Shown piece by piece: positions 51,563-64,000 of a stretch of 64,000 nucleotides of DNA (the stretch's first letter is position 1; every line of letters starts with the position of its first letter). The DNA comes from Camelus ferus (lineage: Eukaryota), in the NCBI RefSeq assembly GCF_009834535.1, contig NC_045697.1, forward strand, positions 108,626,001-108,690,000, given 5' to 3'. The notes below the pieces were generated by a model that made no database searches, was not told where the DNA came from, and saw nothing but the letters and a program-made list of their open reading frames with translations. Made by a program: the position numbers and the translations under genes.

Positions 51563-54500
51563 AAAGGCAGTTTTCAAAACAGTTCACCTATTCAGAAACT
51601 AAGGCTACAAATGTATTCAGCATTCAAAAAACAAAAAAACCAGCAACCACACAGAAATAACAATAGTATTGTACTATTTATTATTATTGCAACAACTAAC
51701 ATTTACTGGGCACTAACTCTGAGAAGACACTGTGATCCATTATCTCAATCCTCTTAGCTGCCCTGTGACAGAAGTAGGTAGTATTATTATGATCCCAGGT
51801 TTACAGGTTCACACAAAGAATAAATAACCTGCCCAAGGTCACAAAGCAGCGCAGCTGGAGGAAGCTGGGTCTGTCAACTCCAAGGCTTGCCTCTCAACTA
51901 CTACATCACATACACAGAACTACAAGTATCCTTCTTAGGCAAAGCTAGGGAAAAGTGGCCAATGAGGAAAGAAAACAGCAAAACAAAACCAAAAAGAAAC
52001 TCCAATGTAGTCAAAAACCATTGATCTGCCCCTCTCCTAGCAGGTACTGTGGAAATCTTCCCAGCCCGGGATACACTGACTATCCCATAGCGAGTACAAC
52101 TTCAGTGGTTTAAACAATCCAGATGCTGAAAAGCAGGAACTAGAGTCAAGCATCTAATCAACATTTCAAAGAGCGGTAGATAACAAGTGGTAATGCCCCA
52201 GGGCCACAGCCCAAAGAAATGACAGGCTGTGACCTCAGACTAAGGCTGACCTCAGACCTTCCCAAGCCCTTCTCCCCGTGTCTGCCTCTTCCCTCCCTCC
52301 TATGCCCTGCGTGTCTCTCCCCACCTCTGTACAACCCTTCTCTCCTCTCCTACTAAATGCTCTTTCAAAAATTCTGACATTTTGTTTCCTGCTCTAAATT
52401 TCTCATCTAGTAAGTTAGAATTTTAATATTTCTCTAACAAAAAAAGTCTACCTCTGTAATAGGTACAAAAAAGTTCCCCATTCATTACAGCAGCATCCCA
52501 AAGGTGACATTATCAAATTCACACAGTAGTCACTAAAGAGACCACCAATCATGCAAAAGAAAACGATGTCCCACATATTTATCTATATAGCCTTCCGGTA
52601 TTACATACATAATAAAAAAAGCTGGAAGAAATTTAAACTGACTAGAGAACCTATGCTCTTCTCCCATCAGGCTAGTAACACATCCATGACTGCAAAGTTC
52701 TGAAAATCTCTAAAATGGAAAGAAGTGTAACTCCAGAAGCATGATTGCAATCGTTACCAACAAACAAAAATATTTAAAATATTGAATTTGCTTAAAAAAC
52801 TAGAATATTCATTAAATTAACTACTTAGAGATGCACTAATACATAAGCTAATTTAATTTCTGCATTTACACCAAAATCTAAAGCAAACGTGTCTTAAAAG
52901 AAATTAGAGAATGAGGACAAGAGTTGGCAAGATAAACAGTACTAAGAAACATATCTCAATCTTTTCTTTCTGCCTTTGGATTTTTTTCATACACTTATCT
53001 TAAATATAGAATTCTATTAAATAAACAGACTATGAAAGCAAAGTCATATTGCTCTCAAAATAGAAATACTTCCCAAATACAAAAAAAAATCAAGAAGCAT
53101 TTATTTCTTGAATTGGTCAGCTGAACACTGATTATGCCAAACCTGAAGGAAAGGTTATTTCTGAAAACGGATCCTGTATTTAATAAATATTAAGCATGAA
53201 AAGGGAATGTCCACCACACCTTCACATCATTTTAGGAAAAGGAGAAAATCAAAATTCAGTTACAACAAAATCACCTGAATAAAATTCCATCAATCTTAGT
53301 TTGAGATGTAATGACATAAATTAAACTTATTAAACTTCTTCATGATTTTTTTAAAGCTTTTCATTTCCAAGCATTAAACCAAAGGATGTTAAAAAACTTG
53401 ATAACCCAATTACATCCTGATATTTCCAAATGGACAATTTAAACCAAAGTCACTTTCAGAGCTAATCAATGAATTAGTCAAAAAGAGTCCTTTCAGATCT
53501 AAGCATACTGAGGTCTTTGGAGATGAATTCAAATTTCAGCTCTGTTTAAACGAACAGAGCTGTAAATAATGGCAGTTCTGTCATTTCTCTACTTTTTAAG
53601 ATTTTTAAATAATATGTTAATGAATCACACACTAGTACAGATGCTTTTGAAAACACTGCAGAATTACTTCAGTTTTATTTGTCAAACTCCAGGGCTGAGT
53701 TTAAGTGTTGGGCAACATAAAGCCTGACTTTAGCCTTCTGTCTATGTCACACTTTAGAAGATATTTAACTCAAGTTAACAGTGATGGGTCACATTACCAT
53801 ATGCCAGGCACTGGACAAGCTTTGCATAGACTTTATATTATCTCATTTAATCCTAACAACAGCCCTGTTAAGGACATAGTTTTCCACAGACAGCTGATGA
53901 GGCTGATAGTAAAAGGAAAAGTAGCTTGTCCCAGGCCACACAGCTAAAAAGGTACTCTGCCTAACTAATGGATCTTTTGCCTCCATAGAATTGAATGTAT
54001 TTTATAAGGGAAATGAGAAGTGAACTAGCAACACGGTGCTGGCTCCAGGTATGCATAGTGCTTCCAACCACGAGATTGTTGCAAATTACCCACTACTACT
54101 AGTGAGGCAAGTCCTTCTCAGACATAGAGGATGTCATGCAAAGGTCTATTATTAGACCCTTAACTGACCTAAAAAGCATGACATTTTAAAAGTCTCATAA
54201 GATAGATACATTCTTCCAAAAACAAACCAGCAATGTGTCTTGATACTTCACATTTGGCCCAACATACTGATGGGTTCGGTGTCTTATCCTAGGGTGATCT
54301 GCTCAGAGGAAAGGCTAAGTGACAGGAAAATATTTTACACCATATCTTTTAATATTTCCTAAATTTCACAGCAGTCATGCAGAAAGGAGCATCCAGCATG
54401 ACTCAGGCTCCCACAGACACAAGCTCAGCACATGCTGCCTCCTGCCTGAAGTCACCCAGGTCTCCAGTAGCCAAACTTCAGCTGGGAACAAAAAAAAAAA

Positions 54501-56436
54501 AAGAAAAAAAGGGCAGAGGCAACACCACAAAGCAACAGAAACTTCATAGTATCTGACTGATCTGCCAGCTGTCCCTTAGGTGATGGGGGAAAAGCAAAAT
54601 ATAAGATACTCAAGCAGTAAGGACTCTTGTGCATTTGTATTATTTTTCAAAAGCCTGCATTGCAGGATAGCACAACACAAACATAGGATCTTGTATTTAC
54701 TTGTATCAACTTACAATTTTAGAGAAATCAATTGTTACTCAAAACTTTTTAAGGGAATATTTTAGAAAAACTGTCATACATTGGTTTGTCTCTCAGGATC
54801 CAGATCAAGGACAGATGTTCCCTCAAATAATTCATCAATTCTGAAGGTAGAGTAGGAGGAAATTTTAAATATATTTGTGGGTAAAAGTATAATTATTAGA
54901 AAATATATATCCCATAGTGTTCAGGAAATGTCATGTTGATTTAGGAAATACACTCTAAACACATGTGAAAGGGAGCATGAGAAAGTGCCCAGGAGGGGTC
55001 AGGAGAAAGCAGGGAAAACCTACAACTACATGAAGGCATAAGACAGGCTGGGTTTCTACTTAGTGGGAAAAAGTCTCAAAGGAGAAAGGTTTAGCAGCAA
55101 GAGTTCATTATTTGAAAACAACTTTACTCATCTGTTTGTAATGAAAATTCAACTACACTAAAAAGAAAAAAAAGTAATGCACCACTCTTTTCCCTGGTCC
55201 ACTGAAAGTGTCAACAATATGGAACATTTCTATTTGGGATATTTGCAGATATGAGAGGAACACCTTGTGTCTTTTAAATTGCCACCCATCCTTAAGCCTG
55301 AGAATGACAAATTACCTAAAAAGGCAAAAAAAAAAAGATTTTCAAAAAGAGCAAGGAAAGAATCATCTCCTAATGAATAGGAAAGTAACTTTACAGTGAC
55401 CTTCTTTCTAAAAGGTATACTAAAAATGTCAGTTTATATAAAACTGTCAGGCACCTTTCTTAAAGGAAGAGGAATTGAAGTATCTATTATATGTGTAGAA
55501 ATACTATGTAAAGTAAAAGCAGGCTTGACAATAACTAAAAAGTGTCACTATTGGAAGAGTAATCCTTTCCCCTGACAGAAACTGGGGAACCCAAAGATAA
55601 ATAAGATTTATGAAACCAGGCAAAAATATACCATCATCCAACGTAGCTATTCGTTGACATATGAAACAAGTGTTGTGGTGCTAGCTATGATGTAAAATTG
55701 ATAAAACTGAATTATCCTTTCTAAACCACACATTTGAGGCAGATTCACTTAAGAAATACATTAACCCATGTTACATTTACCTCTAAGAACACAGCAAAGC
55801 TTTTTAATGTACACATTTAAATAACTTAAGTGATCTGTTCAGAAATAATACTTGAAATTAACAAAACCAAAATGGTGGAGCAATAATTCCACACACTGAG
55901 TTAGTCACTACAAAAGATCAAGACTTGAAGAAACCGAAGTATAAAACCTTAGTGTTCTTACAGTTTGACAAATATTTTTACCTGATTGAAACAAACCATA
56001 AATACTTCTAATTTCACATCTAAAGCAAATGCTTTACAACTTATTTTCAGAATCTTTCAAAATTATACCCAGAAGTTTCTTCAGATACTCCAAAGACACT
56101 TCTGGCCATGATGCACAGCCATTATACCACTATACAGTATCTTACATGGTATGGTATCTTTGAACAAGAAATGCAAGTGTCCCTACTTTTTGGCTGCATC
56201 CCTTCATAGATGGCATTGCCCCTGTTCCTCAGTCCATGGTTTTCATTACTATGGAGGCAAAAGTAACTTGAACAGTAGACTCTATGCTTTACGCAAAATC
56301 ATTTTAAGACATCTCAGGAACACATCCCAAGGAACACATCTCGTTTAGAAAACAGAGACCACCTAAAATAGGCAGTCTCAGCTTTGTAGTAATGAAGCTC
56401 AGACTGCATGCAGGTGGACTTGGCAGTTGTCTACAT

Positions 56437-56654
56437 CAGGGGTCCATAAACTATGAGCCAAACCCATACTACCTCCAGTTTTTATGCATAAGGTTTTATT
56501 AGAACACAGTCACCTTCATTCACCTACAGATTGTCTGTGGCTGCATTTGCACTACAAGAGCAGAAATGAATCATTGTGACAGGACCATGTGGTCCACAAA
56601 ATCTAAAATATTTACTAACTGGTCCTTCACCAAAAAGAAGTTTGCCAACCCCTC
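56437..56654 (+). mobile_element. MER58A-like hAT MITE with an 8-bp degenerate TSD
   Basis: caggggtccataaact...aagtttgccaacccct. Flanks gtctacat (56429-56436) / ctctacac (56655-56662). Confidence 0.85.
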
Positions 56655-57863
56655 CTCTACACAACGAGATGTCAGAGGCAGCACAAGACTTCTCCAAGTA
56701 CCATCTCTAACGTAAGTGAATTGGGCCGCTGCTAGCCTAGGTGTGGGCTATGGGGTCATCTGGTGTCAAACACACAAACACAAATGCACACTCTTAAGTC
56801 TTTTTAATCATCTCATATCAATCCCAAAGTTGCCTAGGCAAAGCACATGACGTTACCATTTCCAACTACCAGAGTCCCACCATTCCCACTGTCTTTACTA
56901 GTAAATTACATTAATCCAAAAAGGCTGCCCTTCAAGGTTCACTGGAACATGACTTCACCTGCATGAAAAATGTTGTGGAAAATAGAGGGTGAGGAGAGAA
57001 GGCACCCATATGGCATCTGTTCCAGAACCACCTTAGATCTAGCTCCCTGTCTAAATAGCTCTTCCCCCAGAAGGTCCTGCCATTTGAATTATCACTCCTA
57101 AGAAGAGGTCAAAGAAGCTACTAGGGAGATAATGAATTCGAACACAAAACAGTGTGGATATATAGATTCCTTACCTCACAATCCTTAATTCTTGTTTGAA
57201 TCAACACTAAATTCTAGGCTTCACCACAGAAATTTAAAAATTGTTTTAAATTTTTATAAAATCAGTCTTCCAGCATCTTATGCTTCAAAAATGTCAGGGT
57301 TTTTTAAGTGTCAAGTTGGTTTTATTTGTTAGTTTTTTAATAAAAAGATTTTTTAAAGGCATTTTCAGCAATGCTGTGCCAGCAAAGGGCTGTCCCGTCC
57401 ACTGTGTGGGACACAAAGACACACACCACCTACCAGCAGGAGAAGCAGCCTTCTTTGCCAGCTATTTTAGCCCCACTTCATCATGTTGGGGACTAAACTC
57501 AGTATGATAATGAAAGGCACATTTTAAAAACATGAATTTGGTAAAACAGATCTGTCCTTTATGTATAAGTTCCTTAACAGTGAAATCCTACATATTCTTC
57601 TGAACTTAACCTCAAGAGACATACCCTACAAAAAGCTTGCCAGTAGTTTCAAAAATAATCATGTGTCCTGAGACTGGCTGTTCCTCCCTTTTCCACTTCA
57701 AGTTTTACTCACTTTAAAAACATCTATTTTAGGGAGAGTCTCATCCATCTCTGTTCTTACTATACCTTTGCTAACTTCAACAGATTCTCCTCTCCCAAGT
57801 AAAAATACCCATTTGTCAGCTCTTTGCTCTCCATCAGCACTCTTGAGAAACCTTAATACTTTG

Positions 57864-57998
57864 TAGCTCACGGTGAAAAAGAATGCAACAATGAATATAT
57901 TTATGTTCATGTATGGCTGAAAAATTGCGCCCTACACTGGAAATTGACACAACATTGTAAACTGACTATAACTCAATAAAATAAAATTTAAAAAAAAA
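57864..57998 (+). mobile_element. Young, severely 5'-truncated L1 3' end with a perfect 18-bp TSD
   Basis: gaaattgacacaacattgtaaactgactataactcaataaa plus A tail. agaaaccttaatactttg at 57846-57863 and 57999-58016. Confidence 0.92.
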
Positions 57999-60719
57999 AG
58001 AAACCTTAATACTTTGATAATGACTCCCAACTCTACACTTTCAGGGTATTATTCATTATTTTACCATCTTGAGATTACACTGGTATCCAACGTTAATCCT
58101 AAAATTTAATGTCCAAAACAAAGTCCACTGCCCCATTTCTGAATTACTTTGTATCAGAAACCACTAGCACCATGCTAATATATTGGGAGCACCTTTTTCA
58201 CTCCTCCATCTGTATCGCTCTTCAGTGACCATGGTATAAAAATGTTGGTTCCCTAGAAAAACAAAATCCTAATCCAGGTATAATGCCTTGGTTTAAAATA
58301 CAATTTCTCCTCTATGGTTTAAAACTACCATCTCAGGAATATTGTTCTCAACTGATTCTTTGAGCTGTAAACACATACCCACACAAGCACAAACAGACCC
58401 TAAGCTACTCAACTTCCTTTTGAATTCCCACCAACTAACTTCCTAATTACCTCTGTTCCCCACATCCTCCAGTTCCAAAAGTCTTAACACTTTATCTCTA
58501 CCTGCTATTTTCTTCCTAAAAGACACCTTCCGCTGGCTCAAACACTCCAATATGTTCTATATAGTCGAATATCAACATTTCCCCAATGAAAAATGTACAA
58601 ACACATTCACATCTATAAGGTACCAAACAATATCTCCAATATAGTGGTCATAGAAAACAGGTCCATTCCCCTTTTCCCACAGTTTTGTGCAGTTTGGGTA
58701 TCATTGCCTCTGCCACTCATAAGGAAAAGTACCTCAAAGGTAGGGACCCCCAAATACTTTGTTATTTCTTTGCTACCCAAATATACAATAAAACATTGTC
58801 ATGATTTTTGACCAATCTATAGCCAAAGCAATAAAAGTCTTAAAGTTAGTAAGCAACTCCGATGGAATATAATTTACACTTAAACTCGCTGGTAGTCTGT
58901 CCACCCTTCCTCCCCCAAAAAACAGCCTATGCAAGACTAGATTTGTCTTTCTATCTTTGTGAAGCATGGGATACGTGACTTCCTCAAGATTACAAAATAT
59001 CAGATCCATCCAGCAGCATTTGTCTTTGATTCCACATCCAACATTACATCCACTACTCAAAAGTTTAATGTCAGTACCTACGTAAAATAGACAGAATTTA
59101 AGGTTCATAACAAAGGCATAACAAGAACAAGGCATATAAATAAGGATAAAACAGCTGCAGAAGTTCCAGAGGAGGGCAAAGTGATCAAAGGGATGGAAGA
59201 AATTATTCTCAAACAGACAAAAAGAGTCAGGAAAGATGATGGTAAAGAGGAACAGTGAAAATCTATAAAACCAGGAAAAGATGAACTCCAGCTCGTTCTA
59301 GCATTTCTCAAAACACACGCTCAGGATCTGTCCTGGAACTTTAAATAGACAGGTTTGGGATAAATAAATGAATTGCTAATAAAAATGAGGGCTAATAAAC
59401 TTGTAGAATTTGTCACTTCAGAAGAAAAAAGTACAGGCTAAAAAGTGTTTGAGAAAGTTTTAAATAAGTTTGATCAAGGTCCTGAATGGAAAATTTAACA
59501 CAGATGACCCAGGCTTACATTCACTCCACAGAGCCTCTCTCAGCATTGGGTTCAGAATGTAAGCCCACACAGTTGTCTCCAGGGACCGCAATTCTCAGTA
59601 TAGTGCTGTCTGTGTTGTTATGTAAAATTCCACCTATGCCTAACCCTTAAAGTCTGTGTAAATATACAAAATATTCATTATCTTCCTGCACCTTAATTTG
59701 GCACTCTGAGAGGATACTTAAAATACAAATCAAAGATTCTATAGACTTCTCCTTTAAAGTAACAAAGGGGGATAAAAAGTCATCCTCATTTGATAGAGAA
59801 GACAATCCAAATAAGTCACAAGTCATTCCACCAATTAAAAAATGCTGTCGATTAGGACATATGCTATTAAAAAAAAAAAAAAAGCATTTGGGTAAGGAAA
59901 AATGAAATACCTTTTTAATAAACTGGTTAAAGTACTAAATGCTCTCCCCCAAATCAGTTATGATTCCTAAGAACTCCAAGTTTCCTGAGTAACTGATCTT
60001 TGTTACCACGTCCTGCTGATACGCAGGAACTGCACCCAGGAAATGAGAAGGTAAAAAACTCCTGTACTAAAATGAAAACTCTCAAGGAAGACTGCAGGAA
60101 AACAAAGGAATTTTAATTTCAGAGGCTTCCATTTGGGAACCCAAATAAGAGTTGCCCAGAAACAAAACCTACAGCGCTGTTTCCCACCCGATGTACCAGG
60201 AAAAGCTACATACACAGAGATGTCCTCTGTGCGCACATATGCTCTGGCTTCCTCAGTTTCCTTTTACCAATTAATGGCCAGAAACATGCAAGTGTCCACT
60301 CTGCAGAAAGACAGAACTCCACAAAAAGAAACCTGCAGGCTTGCGTATCACACACAGAGAGCTAAAATGTTACAAAACACGGGACTGCCTGATACCTTCT
60401 GCCCGCAGTGAGGACTCAGGTACCCCGCTCATCTATACGCTCCCAGCACTCCGGAGAAACATCGGCAAAACTGTGGAGAACGCACCGGCATCCTCCCCCT
60501 CTCTACCCCTCAATTCCCTTTCCCGGGGCCACTCACACTTTACAGAAGAGCCAGAGCGCTGTAAGTGGGCTGGTTCCCTTCCTCCTCGGGATGGAGGCGG
60601 CAGCTGCGGCAGACTCCGGAGCGTTACTGAGGAAGAAGCGGGGCTGGTATCGCTAAGCCGGGCGGCCACCCGGGTCTCTTCCGCGCCGCCGGAGCACAGG
60701 AGGCGGCGGTCCCGCTTAC

Positions 60720-60797
60720 CTCCTCTTTTCCTCTTCCTGGGTCTCTTCAGGCTGAGTGTTCGGCCCGTCCCGGGCCACTTGTCCCCGGACAGTCACG
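60720..60797 (-). other. Candidate alternative non-coding first exon (1b)
   Basis: Minus-strand TATAAAAA at 60827-60820 and donor GAG|GTAAGC at 60720/60719. The 5' end is inferred from TATA spacing. Confidence 0.5.
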
Positions 60798-61332
60798 TTT
60801 GGGAGGCTCCGGATTTTGATTTTTATAAAGTTTCCTCTGGGCGGAGGCTGCGGCCGGCCCTCCGGGTCCCCCCCGGCCCCGCCGCCCTCGGGGCTGGGGT
60901 GGGGGGTGGGGCCCTAAGAACTCCTCCCGGAGTCCTGCCGAGGAGCCGGGGGGCCGGCGACCGCCCAAGGGAGAAGACCCCCCCGAGGGGGTAGAGGGGA
61001 GGGGGAGGGAAGGAAAGGATGGCGGCGCCGGTCCTGCTGTCCCCGCCGCCCCGGCCGCCGCTTCACATCGGGGTCCCCGCCCCCCCGACTGGGGGTGGTG
61101 GCCGAGCCTGGGGTCTCGGCTCATACACTCCGGGGCGAGATGCTACGGCCCCGGGCGGGTGGCCGAGGCGGCGGCGAGGTGGGGGATCCAGCCAGCTCCG
61201 CTCGGCGCCACCCCGCTTCCGGCTCCCACAGGTGTCGCTGAGGCTGGGACCCCCTCCCTCCACCTTGGGGGTCCCTTGCCCCACGCCCCAGGATGAGACA
61301 GAAGCTCCAGCCGCATCTCAGCGCCCTCTCAC

Positions 61333-61640
61333 CGCGGAGCCGCTGACGAGCCCCGCCCGAGGTAGCCGCCTCCCGGCCCCCCGGCCGCCGGCTCCGGCTC
61401 GGGCTCGGGCTCCGGCGTGTGCAGCTGCCGCTGCCGGCCGGGAAGGTGAGGGGGGGAGAAAAGGGGTGGCCGCGGCTCCCGGTGGCCTGGGTTAGGGCGG
61501 AGGTCTCGGCGGCGTCCAGTGCACGGGGGCTGGGTCTCTCGGATGCTCCCTCGCTCTCACGCTCTCGGCGGCGGCGATAGCAGCGCCCGGAGCTCAGCTC
61601 GCTGACTCGCTCGCTCAGTGCGGGGCTCTCGCCTCACTCC
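61333..61640 (-). other. Candidate non-coding first exon (1a) of an unidentified minus-strand gene
   Basis: Just downstream (minus sense) of the CRE/X-box/GC-box cluster. No ATG on the minus strand. Donor GCG|GTGAGA at 61333/61332. Contains (GGCTCS)x4 at 61390-61413. TSS approximate. Confidence 0.6.
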
Positions 61641-61849
61641 AGAGAGAGGGGCGGGAGGAAAGCGGCGCGGACCGATGACGTAAGTCACCTAGCAACCGCT
61701 CTCTTCCCCCCTCCCTTTTCTTTCCGCTCGGAGGCTTCCTCCGCTGGCCTTTTTTCCTCTTTCCAACCACCCCGCCCTGGGCGCCTCTGGCGCGCACTGA
61801 TGACGCTCGGAGGGAAGAGGAAGTTGGGCTCGGCGAGCGGGTGGGTGCG

Positions 61850-62090
61850 CCTCGGGCCGCGGGACTCGCCGCGGCTGCTGCCGACGCCTCTACGGCCGCG
61901 TCAGAACTGAAGAGAGGAAGGGGAGGAGCCGAGTGGAGCCTAAGCTGCCGCCTCATCTTACCCCTGACCCGAGGGCGGCGGAGAGAGCTTGCTCCGTAGC
62001 GGTTTCCTTCAGAGCAGGTGGTGACTGCTCCTTGGCGAGCAAGGAGGAGGCCCAGGCCGGGCAGCCCGCTCGGGCGCGCACCACCCGAAG
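61850..62090 (+). ncRNA. Candidate first exon of a divergent transcript (lncRNA or non-coding 5' exon)
   Basis: Donor AAG|GTGAGG at 62090/62091 at the outer edge of the CpG island. No ATG in the interval. Start is a guess. Confidence 0.35.
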
Positions 62091-64000
62091 GTGAGGCATT
62101 TGGCCCCAAACAGGCCTTTCAAAAGCCCGACTGAGCGAGAAGTTATCTTTCAGCTTGATCCCAGGCACCTGCTCCGGGGAGCGAGAGCCCCACCCTTTCC
62201 CTGGTGTGAGGCGAGACCCAGCGGCCAATAACTTGTGGTCAGACGGAGCAAATGTTTGATGAATGAATGAATGCCTCCTTCACTCCCGGAGCTCAGAGGA
62301 GTTTGATGGAAGTGCAAGCGCTTTGTAAACTGCGTAGCATTGTACAGATGAGAGTTGTAATACATCCCTCTTCCCCCTGTTCTCCACTCCAAAGAAAACA
62401 GGGGATGAAGCTTCCGTGAGAAGTCACAACCTGAGTCTTTAGTGAAAGAGGCAGATTGCTGGGACGAGGGAAGGGAGTCATCCTCCCGGAGAGTGGAAGG
62501 ATTTTTGACTTTTGCAGGAAGAGAATTTAGTAGTGCCTCCCTTTGAGAAGGCATTCTTGCTTGTGGTTTGGCGCTTTGGAGAACTGATAGATTGTTAATC
62601 AGTGTCCATTACCGTCAAGAAAAAAATTTTGGCCTATGTTTCAGATAAATGTTATTACTCTTTACGCAGCTTTTCCTACAGATGTTATCCTGGAAAGTAA
62701 ATTCAAGTAAAAACTCATGAAGTTGAAAGCGTGGTTTTCTAGGAAAAGAAATTTTAAGATAAAAGGACCAGATTCCTCAGAAATCTGTCTCGAACCTGTC
62801 CTGGTAAATAATGTGAGACTGAGATCAAAGCAGCAGTGATGAAAGGAAGCAGATTCCACAATTCTGTCTCTGGACCCCGGCACGCCATACGTCCTCTGGA
62901 AGCGGCAGTAGCGGATATTGCAAGTCTTTCCAACTCGGAATAAGCAGCAAGTTTTTGCAGACAGATCTGGGGAGTTCAAGGTTTCTGCCACTACTGCCAC
63001 CACATATGCAAATAGTAGACCAAGGAAACCTCTAACTGGATAATTCCAAGGGCTCATTTTTACTGAAATGCTGCAGAAAAAGTGATGGGAGGGGGGAGAC
63101 GGATGTTGCAGAAGCAAGAAGAGACTCAGAAAGTATAACCTGCCCAGCTGCCCTTCATCCAGAGTTCTAAGAGCCAAGTTAGCTGTCCTACTTAAGCTAC
63201 CCTTAATTTGATTTGACTTTTCACGACCAATCCCTGCCATGTCCTTCCAAATAAGACTCACAGGGAATCAGACCAGCAAGCAATGGCCTCACATGGCTAC
63301 AAAATAAATCGTTTTTGATTTTGCCCCTCTTCCTAATTTTTTTATGGAAATTGAAGGAGTAAAATACACAGATTTAGAGGATTCTGTAAAGCTGAGCACC
63401 TCAGCTTTTAAGTTCTGTGGGCTTTGGTGGAAAAGATTGCAAACATCAGAGCTCTGCAGCCCAGCAGAGGATGCCTCCAGAAAAGTGTGACCACTTGGGG
63501 CTCTTCTGCATACTGGTCTGTTTCATTGTCAGTGGCTCCACCCTAGAACCTGGGTGCTGAGAGCCCCTCAGCCACCTACTTAACAAAGCTACAGCTGCGC
63601 TAGTTTACTAGGCAAGATCCACCCACTTCACCACCCAGTATGATAACTGGAGGAAACAGCTGGAACTGATGACTGCAGAGAAGGAAGTTCATACATTTCC
63701 AACTTGGTCAGCATCTCTTTAGTTCTTTTACTTATTAATCCAGAGAAGAAAACAGCTAGTTCATTCAAAATTCAAAAAAATCTGAGGTTTTAGGTAACAG
63801 TTCTCTCCCTGGATCATCATTTTATGATAAAGATCCACATACTACATTAGAACATAACAAAAGGATGTTTGTGTAGGATTTTCTCCTACACCAAAAAGTG
63901 AGCTCTTACGAGAAACTATTTAATCCGTTTTTTTATCCCACATCAGTTTTTACTGTCAAAGATTTCATAAGCTGAATTTTCTAGCAAAATTTCTTTCCAG

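Larger units (their letters stand above)
60550..62250. promoter_or_regulatory. CpG-island promoter, probably bidirectional
   Basis: Abrupt switch to GC- and CpG-rich, TE-free sequence. GC box 61648-61655, TGACGTAA 61676-61683, X-box GTCACCTAGCAAC 61684-61696. Outward-facing splice donors on both strands. Confidence 0.92.

Noticed and set aside
3945..61640. Naming the host gene (ERBIN, WDFY3 and RASSF8 have superficially similar 5' architecture as I recall it)
   Set aside because: Recalled ERBIN and WDFY3 UTR sequences did not match, RASSF8 could not be verified, and no coding exon is in the window. It needs a BLAST search.
60341..62228. Several long overlapping ORFs (217, 125, 158, 164 aa) in the GC-rich region
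   Set aside because: Stop-poor CpG-island sequence gives ORFs on both strands. They are low-complexity Pro/Gly/Arg/Ala with no recognisable domain.
62662..63261. 199-aa minus-strand ORF upstream of the promoter
   Set aside because: Non-ATG start, no recognisable family and no exon context. A BLASTP/PhyloCSF check could overturn this.
1..64000. CRISPR arrays, operons, rRNA or other prokaryotic-type systems
   Set aside because: No repeat-spacer arrays or gene-dense coding blocks; the sequence is mammalian intron and promoter.

Overview
Mammalian genomic DNA, probably camelid: it carries three copies of a tRNA-derived SINE resembling the Tylopoda Vic-1 family, plus artiodactyl-type L1 3' ends. 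About 60 kb is AT-rich, transposon-dense intron-like sequence. It ends in a CpG-island promoter (~60.55-62.25 kb) that appears to drive a minus-strand gene with non-coding 5' exons and possibly a divergent plus-strand transcript. I found no intact protein-coding exon and could not name the gene. The listed ORFs are transposon remnants (L1 ORF1/ORF2, Tigger1 and hAT/Charlie transposases, ERVL-MaLR gag), microsatellite artefacts or GC-rich chance ORFs. The most unusual structures are a ~370-bp local inverted duplication (16577-16948 / 18882-19257), an apparent L1 3' transduction with a 14-bp TSD, an in-place micro-inversion inside an L1, a TATA-containing alternative first exon and two RFX+CRE composite sites. 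I cannot support a genuinely new biological system from this sequence. TE family names come from recalled consensus sequences, and boundaries without TSDs are approximate.
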